Shown here piece after piece: positions 34,651 through 45,756 of a stretch of DNA of 64,000 nt; position 1 is the first letter of the stretch, and the number at the start of each line of letters is the position of its first letter. The notes below the pieces were generated by a model. It was not told the origin of the DNA and did not search any database. It saw only the letters and a list, made by a program, of their open reading frames with translations. The DNA is from Naegleria gruberi (Eukaryota). The stretch lies in assembly GCA_000004985.1 (NCBI GenBank), contig GG738899.1. The stretch is one strand, 5' to 3'. Made by a program: the position numbers and the translations under genes.

Positions 34651-36451
34651 ATGATGGAGCAAATAAGAAACACATCCTTCCAAAACTTGCCTATTTCTCT
34701 CTCACTACTGCCGAATTTCAAAAAAATCAACACCTTTCGATTCAAAAAACCATTCGAAACCTTTGGTCCCATCATATCTCTAAACTTTAAAAAAACTAAA
34801 CCAGCATGTCTTCACTGCCCACAACTCATAATCAACACCACACAAAATACTACAATAGAAAGTCTTCCACCGAGTCCAACTAATTCGTCCAACTCTAAAC
34901 GAAAGAGTTTCGAATTAAAATTCAATCCACATGATTACGTTCTAGTTTTCGAACACGTCATGAATGATAAAGAATGTAAAGATCTTTTCCATGAATATTT
35001 GACGAAACATGCAAAATCTGCTGAATTGTTGGATTTTCTTAATGATTATCGTGAATATGTGGTTTATTACTTTAGTTTGAATTTGAGGGCGAAACCTTCG
35101 TGTTTGATAAAGGACGTTTGGAAGAAAGTGCCAGAGAGAAAGACTGAACCTGAGAAGGAAAGCGAAGAAGTGTTGGTTATTCGAAAGAATAAGAAATTAG
35201 ACGATTTTCATGCAATGGCAAGGAATTTAATGGAAAAATATATTATCGAGGGTTCACAACATGAAATTAATATTAGTTCTTGTAGGAAAGATATCATACA
35301 GAGATGGAATAACATTAATAACTTTTTGATATCTGACAGTATTAGGACGACAGTTCAAGGATTGACACAAGTTATTGATTTGTTGAATCCTGAAACCTTG
35401 TTCAGAAGTTCAAGTAATTTAGTTCGAGTTGATTTGGAATATGATCAATTTCCTCGTTTTGTTAGAAGTGATTTAGTTTATCAATTCCTAAAAAGGAAAG
35501 GTGAAGGATTTACTCGATCTGTGGCTTTGAATGTTTCACAGGGATACAGATTAGATATTAGATTTAAACCTCACGAGTTGGTTTCCAAGAAAATTGACGA
35601 CAAGATGATTTATTTCGGTAAGTTGTTGAATATTCGAAATGTTTAATGATTTTGTGAAATAATTAATAGGTTACACCCTCCTACAAGATACACCTGACTG
35701 GGAATGTATTCATGACAAGAATGAATCTCAAGTTTTCATCTCCAAAACCAATTACACATTCGGTCTGAATTCGAATAATTTGAAACTAAAGAAACTTACC
35801 TTCTCAATTCCTTACAGTTTAGAGAACTTTTGGGCAATCTACGTAGATACAGAACTATACACGAAATACAAAATATTCCAAACGAAAAACTACAAATTTC
35901 GTCAATATATTGAACCAAATTCAGGTAAAACCGATCAGTCAACTGGAGAATTATTGGATAATCAACTGGCAATGGCTCAAGTTCAATCCTCACTTCGTCT
36001 CGTTCCATTTACCAAATCTAGACAATATTCAGTGATTACTACAGTGATTTATGAACCTCTTCTTGATTGTATCGTTCAAATTTCACCAACTTATAGAGAT
36101 CCAAATGTTGGAAATGAAAATGTGTTGGTTATTGGACTTTCGTACAGTTTTTTCTTTAGAATGAGAGATGGCTCGACTAGAGTAGTTTTGATTACGTATT
36201 CTGATATGAATTTTAATATTCCTTCCTTTGTAGAATCTCGAGCTCTGGTATTTAGTGTCAAAAATTTCAAAAAGGGAATTGTCAAAGCTTTGGATGAATT
36301 GACAGGAAAAGACAAGTCAAAAGTAATTGAATACAAGGATGATCAAGAACGTCCTTGGAATATCATCATGGAGGTCAATAAGAACATGTTCCCAAATCGA
36401 TCTTGGTTTAAGGAATGGAATGAACAAATGGAAGAAAAAGAAGAGCAATAA
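34651..36451 (+). CDS. RGS-domain protein fused to a C-terminal START-like lipid-binding domain. Two exons, intron 35618-35669 (gtaagt...taatag, phase 1)
   Basis: RGS helix signatures FEHVMNDKECKDLFHEYLTKHAKSAELLDFLNDYREY ... FVRSDLVYQFLKRKG. After splicing: ...MIYFG|YTLLQDTPDWECIHDKNESQVFISK... ...RVVLITYSDMNFNIPSFVESRALVFSVKNFKKGIVKALDEL, a START-like beta-grip. Confidence 0.5.
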
Positions 36452-36813
36452 GGAGTTGTTTATAAATGGAATTTTTACTTATTCTATAACATCAACAACA
36501 AAAGTTCGCCTCTCTCTCACCTGATTGAATCTTCTCCTGGGTGTTGAGGGGAAATTTGGAGTTGTATTCAATTTTTGGGTTCCTTATTCGAGATATGAAA
36601 ATCCTTCACCACCTGCATTCTCAATTTCGATGGGAACTGATCTAATCTTGTCTCAATACGAGGAGGTAGTGACAAGACTCATTTACACTTTCAATGTTCA
36701 AGAAATTAAATTTACCAGAGAGTAGGTAAACCATAAAATTCATTAGTAAATATAACATTCAGTTCACTTTCTAATAATTAATTGGTCACCAATTCTAACT
36801 TAGTAAAATAAAA

Positions 36814-36886
36814 AGCCCTAGAGATGTTTCGATCATCTGACCTCAACCTTATGAGGGTTATGCTCTCCCACTGAGCTACGAGGGCT
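36814..36886 (-). tRNA. tRNA-Met (anticodon CAU) gene with an initiator-like T-loop (AUCGAAA: A54, A60), followed by a T5 Pol III terminator
   Basis: Reverse complement: GCCCTCG-TA-GCTC-AGTGGGA-GAGC-A-TAACC-CTCATAA-GGTTG-AGGTC-AGATG-ATCGAAA-CATCT-CTAGGGC-T, then TTTTT. D, anticodon and T stems are fully paired. The acceptor has a G1:C72 pair and one C6:U67 mismatch. Confidence 0.75.
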
Positions 36887-37366
36887 TTGATCAACAAAAC
36901 CAAAAAATATCAAAATTATCGTAAACGAAAAAGATTTTAAATTCCAAAAATTCATTTAAATTAAACTTTAAAGTTTGTTAAAATTGGTTTTTACAATGTC
37001 ACCGTAGTGTGAACACCAAACTGTAAAGTGTTGAACTCGTCAATTAGAAATATTTGAACTTTACAATAAAAAATTCTTGCCTGAATTAATTGACAATTGT
37101 AGCCATGCACTTCCACTCCTGTTTTAAAGAACCATTACAATGAACATTTTTCCGTACAAAGATAAAATGTGCTAAGTGATAATTCCTTGTTAATAACCAG
37201 CTTAGATGTTTGGGTTTCCAAATTCTGTTTCTGGCCATAACAAGCTGTCATTCTACTTTATTGATCACTGACAGCTACCAAATGATTGGATTGAACAAAA
37301 ATAAACACTTCAAAAACCTCTTCATTGTTCTTTTTAAAAATAATAAATTTAAAAAAAACCAAACAA

Positions 37367-38461
37367 ATGAAATCACTATTGCTACTTTTCACACTCTTGG
37401 CAACTGCAATTCTCATTGCTGGCCACAAAGTCACAGAAAAGACAATCATCAGCTCTGAAAAGATAGGTTACGGTGTGTTGAAGGGTCCAGAATCTATTGT
37501 GTGGGATCCAGTCCATGCTGATGTATTATATACTGGTATTAATGATGGTAGTATCATGAGAGTAAATGTCACGTCAGGTGTCAGTACTGTTTACGCTTAT
37601 TCTGTCCCAGCTTTGAATGCCACACAAAGAGCTGTCTGTGGTACAAGCGTGTTATATGAAGGTACCTGTGGTAGAGTTTTGGGAATGGTATTTGATAAGA
37701 ATAACAATTTAATTGTCGCTGATGCTTACAAGGGATTGTTGAGAATTTCCAGAGCTAATCCAAGTCAAGTTGAAGTTTTGGTCAATTCATACAATGGAGT
37801 CCCATTCAAGATGACAAACTCAGTTGTCTTGTTGAAGGATGGTAAGACTGTCTATTTCACTGATTCTTCCCTTCTCTATTCAAGACTTTACTTTGTGTCC
37901 ATCGTTGTGGCCAACAATCCAGATGGAAGATTATTCAAATTCGATTTGGAAACCAAGCAATTGCAAGTTGTCATTTCTGATTTGAAATTTGCCAATGGTA
38001 TTGCTGTTTCCAAAGATGAATCCTTCCTCGTTATCAATGAATGTTCATCTGGCTCATTAAGAAGATTCTACTTAAAGGGAAGAAAGGCCGGAACTAATGA
38101 TGTTTTCGTTCAAGATATTGGTGGATATGCTGATAATATCAAGACTGATGATGATGGCAATTTCCTAGTTGGTTTATTCTCAAATACCACTCAAGAAGTT
38201 ACTGCCATTCATGATTCTGCCAAGTTGAAGAATATTTTCCTGACCATTGTGCCAGCAACTACCACTTTGGGAATGATTGTTCCACAAGGATTGGTTAAGA
38301 AGGTCAATCAAAAGGGAAAGATTACAACTGTTTATTCTGATAAGACTGCTACTTTTGCTTTGCAAGTTTCTGAAGCTGATGTCAGAGGTGGATATTTGTA
38401 TTTGTGTTCAGTTTTGAACCCTTGGTTGACCAGAGTTAACTTGTCAACTGGTTTGCAATAA
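37367..38461 (+). CDS. Secreted strictosidine-synthase-like / APMAP-type six-bladed beta-propeller protein
   Basis: Signal peptide MKSLLLLFTLLATAILIAG. GPESIVWDP...LYTGINDGSIMRV...GRVLGMVFDKNNNLIVADAYKGLLRI...DGRLFKFDLETKQLQVVISDLKFANGIAVSKDESFLVINE...RRFYLKGRKAG matches the Str_synth family consensus. Confidence 0.65.
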   Translation: MKSLLLLFTLLATAILIAGHKVTEKTIISSEKIGYGVLKGPESIVWDPVHADVLYTGINDGSIMRVNVTSGVSTVYAYSVPALNATQRAVCGTSVLYEGTCGRVLGMVFDKNNNLIVADAYKGLLRISRANPSQVEVLVNSYNGVPFKMTNSVVLLKDGKTVYFTDSSLLYSRLYFVSIVVANNPDGRLFKFDLETKQLQVVISDLKFANGIAVSKDESFLVINECSSGSLRRFYLKGRKAGTNDVFVQDIGGYADNIKTDDDGNFLVGLFSNTTQEVTAIHDSAKLKNIFLTIVPATTTLGMIVPQGLVKKVNQKGKITTVYSDKTATFALQVSEADVRGGYLYLCSVLNPWLTRVNLSTGLQ

Positions 38462-39021
38462 GTGTATTATATTGAATGTGTTGATATTTTCACATTTGTA
38501 AATAAAATTGTAAATTAAAGTTTCAACACAAATAATCAAATTTTCAATTTTTTAGAAATAATTAAAAAAAAATTAAAATCATGATTTCTGTTGCTCTTTC
38601 TTGATATCGATTATTATTCGAGATGCTTGATTTTTGTGATTAGATTAACAACAACAAGCACTGGAAAGTCCTCGTCTTCGGAACGACACTTCCAATTTTC
38701 TTCTTCTCAATTAATATTAATCAACTTTACCTGATGACTGATGTAATATTGTCATCATGAATGATGAACAAAAGTACTTTGTTTTCACCAGATCACACAA
38801 TTAGATTAATAACAAACAACTCGAACAAACAACTGAAACAAGCCTTACAATATCACCACAACAGAAAACTTCCATAATAATACCTCACGCAACAACACAG
38901 AGAACAAGAGAACAGGTTCACATCACCGTAAAACACTACCCAAAGAACAAAATTGCTGCAACAACAACAAATTGTGCAATGCTGCTCTCTCTGAAACGTT
39001 CACTTTGCACTGCGCATCTAG

Positions 39022-41331
39022 ATGCCTTCTTTGGCTCTGAAACTACTCTTGGTAGGAGTAAAGAAAATGTCTCTACAGCATCAGCAGCAACAGAAAGAAC
39101 AAGTACTGCAGTCAAATGCAAATAATGGACAAATTGTGGATGTTAGTACAGGTAGTGATGATGATAATAATGGATTGGAAGATGAAGGAAAAGGAGTGAA
39201 TTTGCATCATGTTCATAACATGTATGGACAAGTTAATAATGATGAAAATAATGGAGTAGTAACAACAACAATTGAAAGGACAATAGTAATGGATAATGAT
39301 GAGGATTCGGGTAGTAGAATAGCACTGGAATTGAATGCCATTCCACAGGAAGCTACACTGAATGGAAATGTAAAGACAACAACTTTGAATGATGTAATTG
39401 TTAAATCTACTTCACAGATCAAGTTGGAATTTCATGATGATCCCCTAGTTGAGGAACATGAGAGATGTTTCATGGAGTGGAGAAATGTGTGCTATCCAGT
39501 GGGAGGTAATAATTTAATTGTGAGAAATGTGAGTGGATTTGTTGCTCCTGGAAAGATTACAGCCATTATCGGTTCAGCGTTGAGTGGAAAAACAACTCTA
39601 TTGTCCATTCTATCACAAAGAGGAAATTACAAGGATTTTGGAGGATTAATTCTAATTAATGGAAAAGTTGTAAGGACATGTAAGGAAGGACCATGTGCTA
39701 AAATCTCATCAACTCAATACAAATCACTGATAGCTCATGTCCCAAAGCATTTTACAGCCTCTCATCCATTTCTTACTGTGAGGGAGATTTTGAATTTCAC
39801 AGTCAAACTGAAATTGACCAGTGTTAAAAGTGCACTCACCAAATGCAGAGAAGAACGATTAGAATACCTATTGACCAAGTATGAGCTGAAAGAAAAGGAG
39901 GATGAATTGTATTCAAAACTAGGAGTAGCAGAGAAGAGAAGATTGCACATTGCTGTACAGAATGTTCTCAAACATAGAGTTTTGCTACTGGAATATCCAA
40001 CTGATGGTTTGGAATTTGGAGAGGCATCCAGAATTATTAGAATTATGAAATCAATTGCCAAGATGGGAGTTGGTGTTGTTCTTACTTCACACAAACCAAG
40101 TTTATTAGAATTGGAATTATTCGACTACATTTCAATACTCAATAGAGGTAATCAATTATATTTTGGTCCTCCTGGTGAATTAATTCAATACTTTTCGAGA
40201 ATTGGTGTCAAACTTCACAACACCAACCATAATGAAGTGGGATTCTTGTTCCAAGTCATTTCTCTGCTTCAGGCAGAATCATTCCATCCAATGTACACCG
40301 ACACTTATGATACAAAGGAAAATACAGAGAGATTTTCCATAGAGTACGTAAGGCAAACAGAAGAGTTTTACATTCCAATGAAAAACAAGGAAGAAGCACC
40401 ATATTTGACCAATGACCTGACTCGTTTTCATTTTGAACCTTATTATGCCAACTTTTTCTATTCAGTATTCTTTCTGATGGCTAGAAATTACTTGAGCCGA
40501 ATTAGGAATTGGAAGGTTGAATTTCTAATTCCACTATTGGAAAAATTGGCTGTTTCAATATTTATTGGACTGCTTTATTTCCAAATTGATGAGGGAAATA
40601 TGTCGCTGAGAGGAAAGATTTTCACCTTTCTCAATCTTAATATCTCCCTTACTTTTACTGCGAGCTTGAAGAATCTTATCAATCAAATACCAATGTTAAC
40701 TCAGGAGAGAAACAGCTCTATCTACAGAACCAGTGTATTTTTCATTTCAAAAACCATTGAGGATTTGATAGAAACTTCGATTTTATCTCTATTATTTGGT
40801 TGGATTGTTTACTTTATGACTAACTTGAGATTGGAATATGACAGAGTATTAACGTTTGGACTGATTTTTGCAACCTACCATTGGACTTGTGTCAGTTTTG
40901 CGCAAATGCTGGTTTCTCTGATTCCTGTCCCACCATTGCTAAATTTAATTACACCAGTAATTAATATCATGTTCATATTAACGAGTGGGGTGTACGGTTT
41001 TCCGAACACTGATTGGTTGTCGTGGTTTAAATATTTGAACTATCTCTTTTATGGTTTCAAAGCAATGTCTCTCAATGAATTTGATATTCAATTGGAAATT
41101 CCAACAAATACTACCTGGCCTGCTAATTATTATACCAATGGAACCTATTTCCTCTACAAAAATTATGGATATTCAGATCCTCATTACATGATGTGGGTCT
41201 ATTTTGGAATTCTCACTTCTTTTTGGATTGTTTGTAAGATTCTGAGCTATGTTGGATTAAGATTAGTGTATGGAAAGAAGAGTTATATTCGACTTGCCAA
41301 GAAACTACTACGTTCATGGAAGAATACTTGA
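39022..41331 (+). CDS. ABCG-type half transporter (NBD then a 6-TM ABC2 domain) with non-canonical Walker B and signature motifs
   Basis: Walker A GKITAIIGSALSGKTTLLSIL. Signature region SKLGVAEKRRLHIAVQ, compared with the canonical VSGGERKRVSIA. Walker B VLLLEYPTDGLE, compared with LLFLDEPTSGLD (Asp to Glu and catalytic Glu to Tyr). H-loop VVLTSHKPS. Six hydrophobic segments lie in 40480-41290. The N-terminus is Q-rich. Confidence 0.6.
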   Translation: MPSLALKLLLVGVKKMSLQHQQQQKEQVLQSNANNGQIVDVSTGSDDDNNGLEDEGKGVNLHHVHNMYGQVNNDENNGVVTTTIERTIVMDNDEDSGSRIALELNAIPQEATLNGNVKTTTLNDVIVKSTSQIKLEFHDDPLVEEHERCFMEWRNVCYPVGGNNLIVRNVSGFVAPGKITAIIGSALSGKTTLLSILSQRGNYKDFGGLILINGKVVRTCKEGPCAKISSTQYKSLIAHVPKHFTASHPFLTVREILNFTVKLKLTSVKSALTKCREERLEYLLTKYELKEKEDELYSKLGVAEKRRLHIAVQNVLKHRVLLLEYPTDGLEFGEASRIIRIMKSIAKMGVGVVLTSHKPSLLELELFDYISILNRGNQLYFGPPGELIQYFSRIGVKLHNTNHNEVGFLFQVISLLQAESFHPMYTDTYDTKENTERFSIEYVRQTEEFYIPMKNKEEAPYLTNDLTRFHFEPYYANFFYSVFFLMARNYLSRIRNWKVEFLIPLLEKLAVSIFIGLLYFQIDEGNMSLRGKIFTFLNLNISLTFTASLKNLINQIPMLTQERNSSIYRTSVFFISKTIEDLIETSILSLLFGWIVYFMTNLRLEYDRVLTFGLIFATYHWTCVSFAQMLVSLIPVPPLLNLITPVINIMFILTSGVYGFPNTDWLSWFKYLNYLFYGFKAMSLNEFDIQLEIPTNTTWPANYYTNGTYFLYKNYGYSDPHYMMWVYFGILTSFWIVCKILSYVGLRLVYGKKSYIRLAKKLLRSWKNT

Positions 41332-42018
41332 ATGCATTCGTCCTTCCTCAATAAAGATAAAGATCATATACAATCAAACAACTACAGCAGGGTAAAGATA
41401 ATATATCCTCAACAACACTGTTTTAACATGTCCATAAGTAAATAATTTTACATGACTAAACAAGTCTTCTACATCCAAACTAGAACATCAAACCAATTGG
41501 CCATCAAATCATCATTCCACTACATCCTCCTTTCCATTTCATGATTGTATTCATTTCTACTCTGGCCCGAAATATCACACTACGTTACATTCCAGCATAC
41601 TTTCACCCATCATGTACTTGCTTATCACAAGAGATCTTTCAAACAACAACATTTAATCATTCATATTATAAGCAGCAAATAATTACCTTCCTTTCCCCTC
41701 ATCTCATCCATCACCAAATGCTTGCTGTGCTGCTTGACGAGGACACAATTTTTTCATCATTAAAAAAAATCACTAAAATTTTAAGCGGGAACCTTCAAAG
41801 CCTTTGTTCTTCCTCCTTTCCTTCACTGCACACGGCAAGAAACAACAACAACATCATCAGATTATATTGTTGTAGTAATAGTATTTGAAAAGGATACCTT
41901 AGTTATAACTAATTGTTATATTTCCGCTAACGAACGATTATTAAAATTATATATTTCTAGAAGAAGTATTATCATCATTGTCATCATCATTGTACTATAT
42001 TATTATTATTATTAAAAT

Positions 42019-43490
42019 ATGAGAGTATTTAAACAACGTATTAAAGTTAAACTTGGAAAGGCTGAATCTACTCAAGACCCAGAAGGATACAATGACTTAC
42101 GTGATCAAGTGAAAAAGACTGAAAATTATGCTAAAGGAGCTTTAAAGATTGTGAGAGGATATTGTCAAAAATCCGAAGCAATTACAAAGGTTCAAAATGA
42201 AGTTGGTCAATACTTGGTAGAAAGTGGTATGCAAACAAATGATGAAGGTAAGTTAATTTCTAGAGGATTCGGCTCAGTTAATAATTTTATGATGTTTGAT
42301 TGATGAAAATGACGAATTGACACAGTTGGTGAATCTTTGATGAAAATTGGAGAAGGATTAAAATCACTTGCTACTATTCACCATGCCATGTTGGTTAACA
42401 TTGTTGAAAAGTTTATTCAACCAGCTACAGAATTCAAGAAGGAAGTCAAGGATTCTGAAGTTTCTCATAAAAAGTATGACAAGAAGCGTTTGGAATTTGA
42501 TGCCCAAGTAGATCTTGTCAATTCATTAAAGCAAAAGGGTGAAAAGGTAGATCCACAAAAAGTTCAAACAGAAGAAGAAAAACAAACACAATTTGACAAT
42601 GAAAAGGATGAAGCTTTTGAAGAAACATTGGAAGAAACTTGTGATGTTTTGGTAAAGAGACAAACCAAGCACTTGGCACAACTCAATGAATTACTTTTGA
42701 GTTTCCACCACTTTTTTGCTGAAGGTTATACTCTTACACACGATTTGAAGGAACCATTGGAAAAATTAATGGAAAAATCCAACAAGAAAGCTTCCACATT
42801 CAAACAACAAACAGTGGAAAGTGTTTTGGGTGGAGGAGGATCTATCAGATCAACACCATCACAATCTTCATTCACACCTTCAACTAAATCAAACACTGAA
42901 ACATCAACTTCAACAGTCACAACAACCTCAACAGCCAAGTCATCAACTAATACTACTTCAACTAGTGCTGTTGGTGGTATGGGAGCTGCCTTCTCAGCTG
43001 CCAAAAAGACAGAAAGTGCTGCAGCAACAGTTTTGTGTAAATGTAAGGCCATGTATACTTATGATGCTCAGGATAGCACAGAAATTTCATTCACTGAAGG
43101 TGAAACTATTTTGGTTTATGAAAAGGAAGAAGGTGGATGGTGGAGAGGTGCTAGAGAAGCTACTCCAACCAAGTCTGGTATCTTCCCATCTAATTTCGTT
43201 GTAGATTCTAGTGCTTCTTCAGGTAGTGGAAAAACAACAACTGCATTGTATGATGTAAGTATTATTTGTTTTATTGGAATTGATTTATTAATTATTTTAT
43301 CATTTAAAATTATTTTGTTAAATTATTTAAATAGTATGAAGCTCAAGAATCAAACGAATTAACTTTCAAAGCAGGAGAAGTTATTGAAGTCATTGAGGAA
43401 GCAGATGGAGGGTGGTTTATGGGCAAGAATTTGTCAACAAACAAGGTTGGTCTTTTCCCTTCAAACTTTACAGAACTAGGAGCACAATAA
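42019..43490 (+). CDS. BAR-domain adaptor with an S/T-rich linker and two C-terminal SH3 domains. Three exons; introns 42248-42325 and 43255-43334
   Basis: BAR-like coiled N-terminus (...NDEG|VGESLMKIGEGLKSLATIHHAMLVNIVEKFIQPATEFKKEVKD...). SH3-1: KAMYTYDAQDSTEISFTEGETILVYEKEEGGWWRGAREATPTKSGIFPSNFV. SH3-2 is reconstituted across intron 2: ALYD|YEAQESNELTFKAGEVIEVIEEADGGWFMGKNLSTNKVGLFPSNFTEL. Both introns have a gtaagt donor. Confidence 0.6.
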
Positions 43491-43609
43491 ATATAAATAA
43501 AAATATTAGAAATTAATTTATTAAATTTAAATGTTATTATAATTCCAATAATTCCTAATTATTTAATTGATATTTATTTAATTAATAAATAAAATATTTC
43601 AAAAATAAT

Positions 43610-44344
43610 TTAATTACTCTTAATAATTCCATCAATCATTGAAATCCAATCAGCAGCAGTGAAATCATATCCATTGAAAACATTAACACCATTAACAAAG
43701 AAGAATGGAGTTCCATACAATCCTCTTGAAGTAGCATAACCAAACATTGAAGCAGCTTGAGCAAATGATGATTGACTATTCATTTCACTCAAATATTGTT
43801 CATAACTAATCAATCCCAATGGTTGAACATAGGTAGCATAGATCAAGTTGAAAATTTGAGCTTGATTCATATTCTTCAAATTAGCATTTGAAGCAGGTGA
43901 TTGATTACTAAAGAATAAATCCAAAAACTTCCAACAAACATTTCTATCAGCCTTTGAAAACTTGGAAACAATCGAATAGGTTTGAGCAGAATAAAATCCA
44001 GCAATATGCATTGGCAATGGCATCAAATGAAGACTAAAAACAACCTTATCTTGATTTCCAGAAGTTCCATTATTAAAATAATATTGAACAAGAGGCTTGG
44101 TAATACTTTGGAAATGTGTAGCACAATCAGGACAAGTCAAATCCAAGAACATTTCAAATTCAACAAGTGTATTCGGAGAGGAATTTCCAATAGTCCATGA
44201 ATTTTTCAAATTACTAATTCTTGGTCCGACTGGTGTAATGGCGAGTGATGATTGAGTAGAAAGGAATAAAATCATCATTACCATCATCACGATGGAAGCA
44301 AAAAGAGCGCGTGATGAGCGGGTGCTGCTGAGATGTTGAGACAT
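43610..44344 (-). CDS. Secreted DsbA-like thioredoxin-fold thiol:disulfide oxidoreductase (bacterial-type)
   Basis: Signal/anchor segment ALFASIVMMVMMILFLSTQSSLA. CxxC active site in FEMFLDLTCPDCATHFQS. DsbA C-terminal cis-Pro region GLYGTPFFFVNGVNV. Intronless. Confidence 0.55.
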   Translation of the reverse strand: MSQHLSSTRSSRALFASIVMMVMMILFLSTQSSLAITPVGPRISNLKNSWTIGNSSPNTLVEFEMFLDLTCPDCATHFQSITKPLVQYYFNNGTSGNQDKVVFSLHLMPLPMHIAGFYSAQTYSIVSKFSKADRNVCWKFLDLFFSNQSPASNANLKNMNQAQIFNLIYATYVQPLGLISYEQYLSEMNSQSSFAQAASMFGYATSRGLYGTPFFFVNGVNVFNGYDFTAADWISMIDGIIKSN

Positions 44345-44799
44345 TTTTTTTTGATGATTCTTCTCCGAACGGAGTTAAAACGGATCAGTTCAAATAGATT
44401 AATCTTTCAGAAAGAAGGAGATTCTGTCTTAATCTTTGACAATATTCGAATATGAACTGTTTCGATTAATTTTTATGAGAAATCTGAATATTAAATCATA
44501 CAAGAAATTGAGATTAATTGGATGAGTCAAACCCTTACTGTTCAACTATTCATAACCTTGAAACTGTCATTGTAACAAAAAACTGTAAGACTTTACAATA
44601 AGAGTGTTGTAAAGGAAACATTTCACATCACATCTGACATCAAACAATTTATTTGTGATTTTTGGCAAGTGTTTGCCATCCTCCTAATTAATAGGCATAC
44701 CCTATTTGTTGGTGCACTTCCGTATTCACATCAGTTCGATAATATTTATTTAAACTACCGCTTCTTTTATTAGAATCTCACAAAAAACAGAAAAAAAAT

Positions 44800-45475
44800 A
44801 TGCAAACTAAATCTTCCCTCCTCGTTTTATATTTCACACTAGTTGCAACTGTTTTGTGTGTTTTGACTTGTTCGGCTCAAGCTTCTATCAACTTGAACGT
44901 TCCAATGAAAACTCAAACTTTTCAGTCAACTTTCAAGTATCCTAGCGCTCAAGCTGCTTATCAAGTTTTGAAGACAACTGAAGTTATGTTCAGTTTGCAA
45001 CCTTATGTGTAGGTATTTGTTGTTAAATTGTTGTTTTTCTTATCAATTTATTCCGTAAATTAACAATTATTAATTTGACATTTTGACATTTAACAGATAT
45101 TATGTTCAAATTATTTCTCAAACTGATACCTCTCGTGAATTAGATTTTGCTGAGAAAATCCCAGTCTTCTTTGGTGTTTTCAATTATGATACTGGTAAAT
45201 TGAGAGCTGTCCAAGCTTTTGACAATTCTCAAAGATCCATCGTGTCAAATGTCCCATTCCCAGGTGGTTTAGGAACTTTGGTTGCTAATCTTTCATTCAC
45301 TGAATCTGCAGATGTCGACGAAAATGGCTTAAAGACAATTACTTGTAATGAAATTGTCAATGGTCAAGTTTTCTTGCTTGCTAAATTATTTGTTGAAGAT
45401 AGTGTTAAGAGTGCTCATACTCAATTGGTTGCTGATATTGCAAATTATTTCACTACTCATCCAGCTAGTGCTTAA
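44800..45475 (+). CDS. Small secreted protein of unknown function. Two exons, intron 45009-45096 (gtaggt...taacag)
   Basis: Signal peptide MQTKSSLLVLYFTLVATVLCVLTCSAQA. Exon 2 continues the frame (…LQPYV|YYVQIISQTD…). No motif recognised. Confidence 0.45.
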
Positions 45476-45756
45476 ATAAAAAGTTAACATTTTCCCGCCA
45501 ATTTACTAATTAGGACATTATTTCTCTTCATAGCAAGACTGGAAAATTGTTTTTTGGCTACCTGAAATCTGCGAAGTCAGTTTTTACCAGCTGATTATTT
45601 TTAGTCGCGAGTTTTTGATATGGTCTAGCTGGTTTTGACCATCCCAGCGCTGGGATGGTAAGCTTAAAAATTCTCCACCAGCTAGTCTTGCTATGTCTTT
45701 AACTAAACAATGAGAATTTGCTAGTGGAATATGAAAATATTTAATGTAGTTTAAAC

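Noticed and set aside
41541-41888. 115-aa ORF downstream of the ABCG-like gene
   Set aside because: Low-complexity, no motif, and located in a probable 3' UTR or intergenic region.
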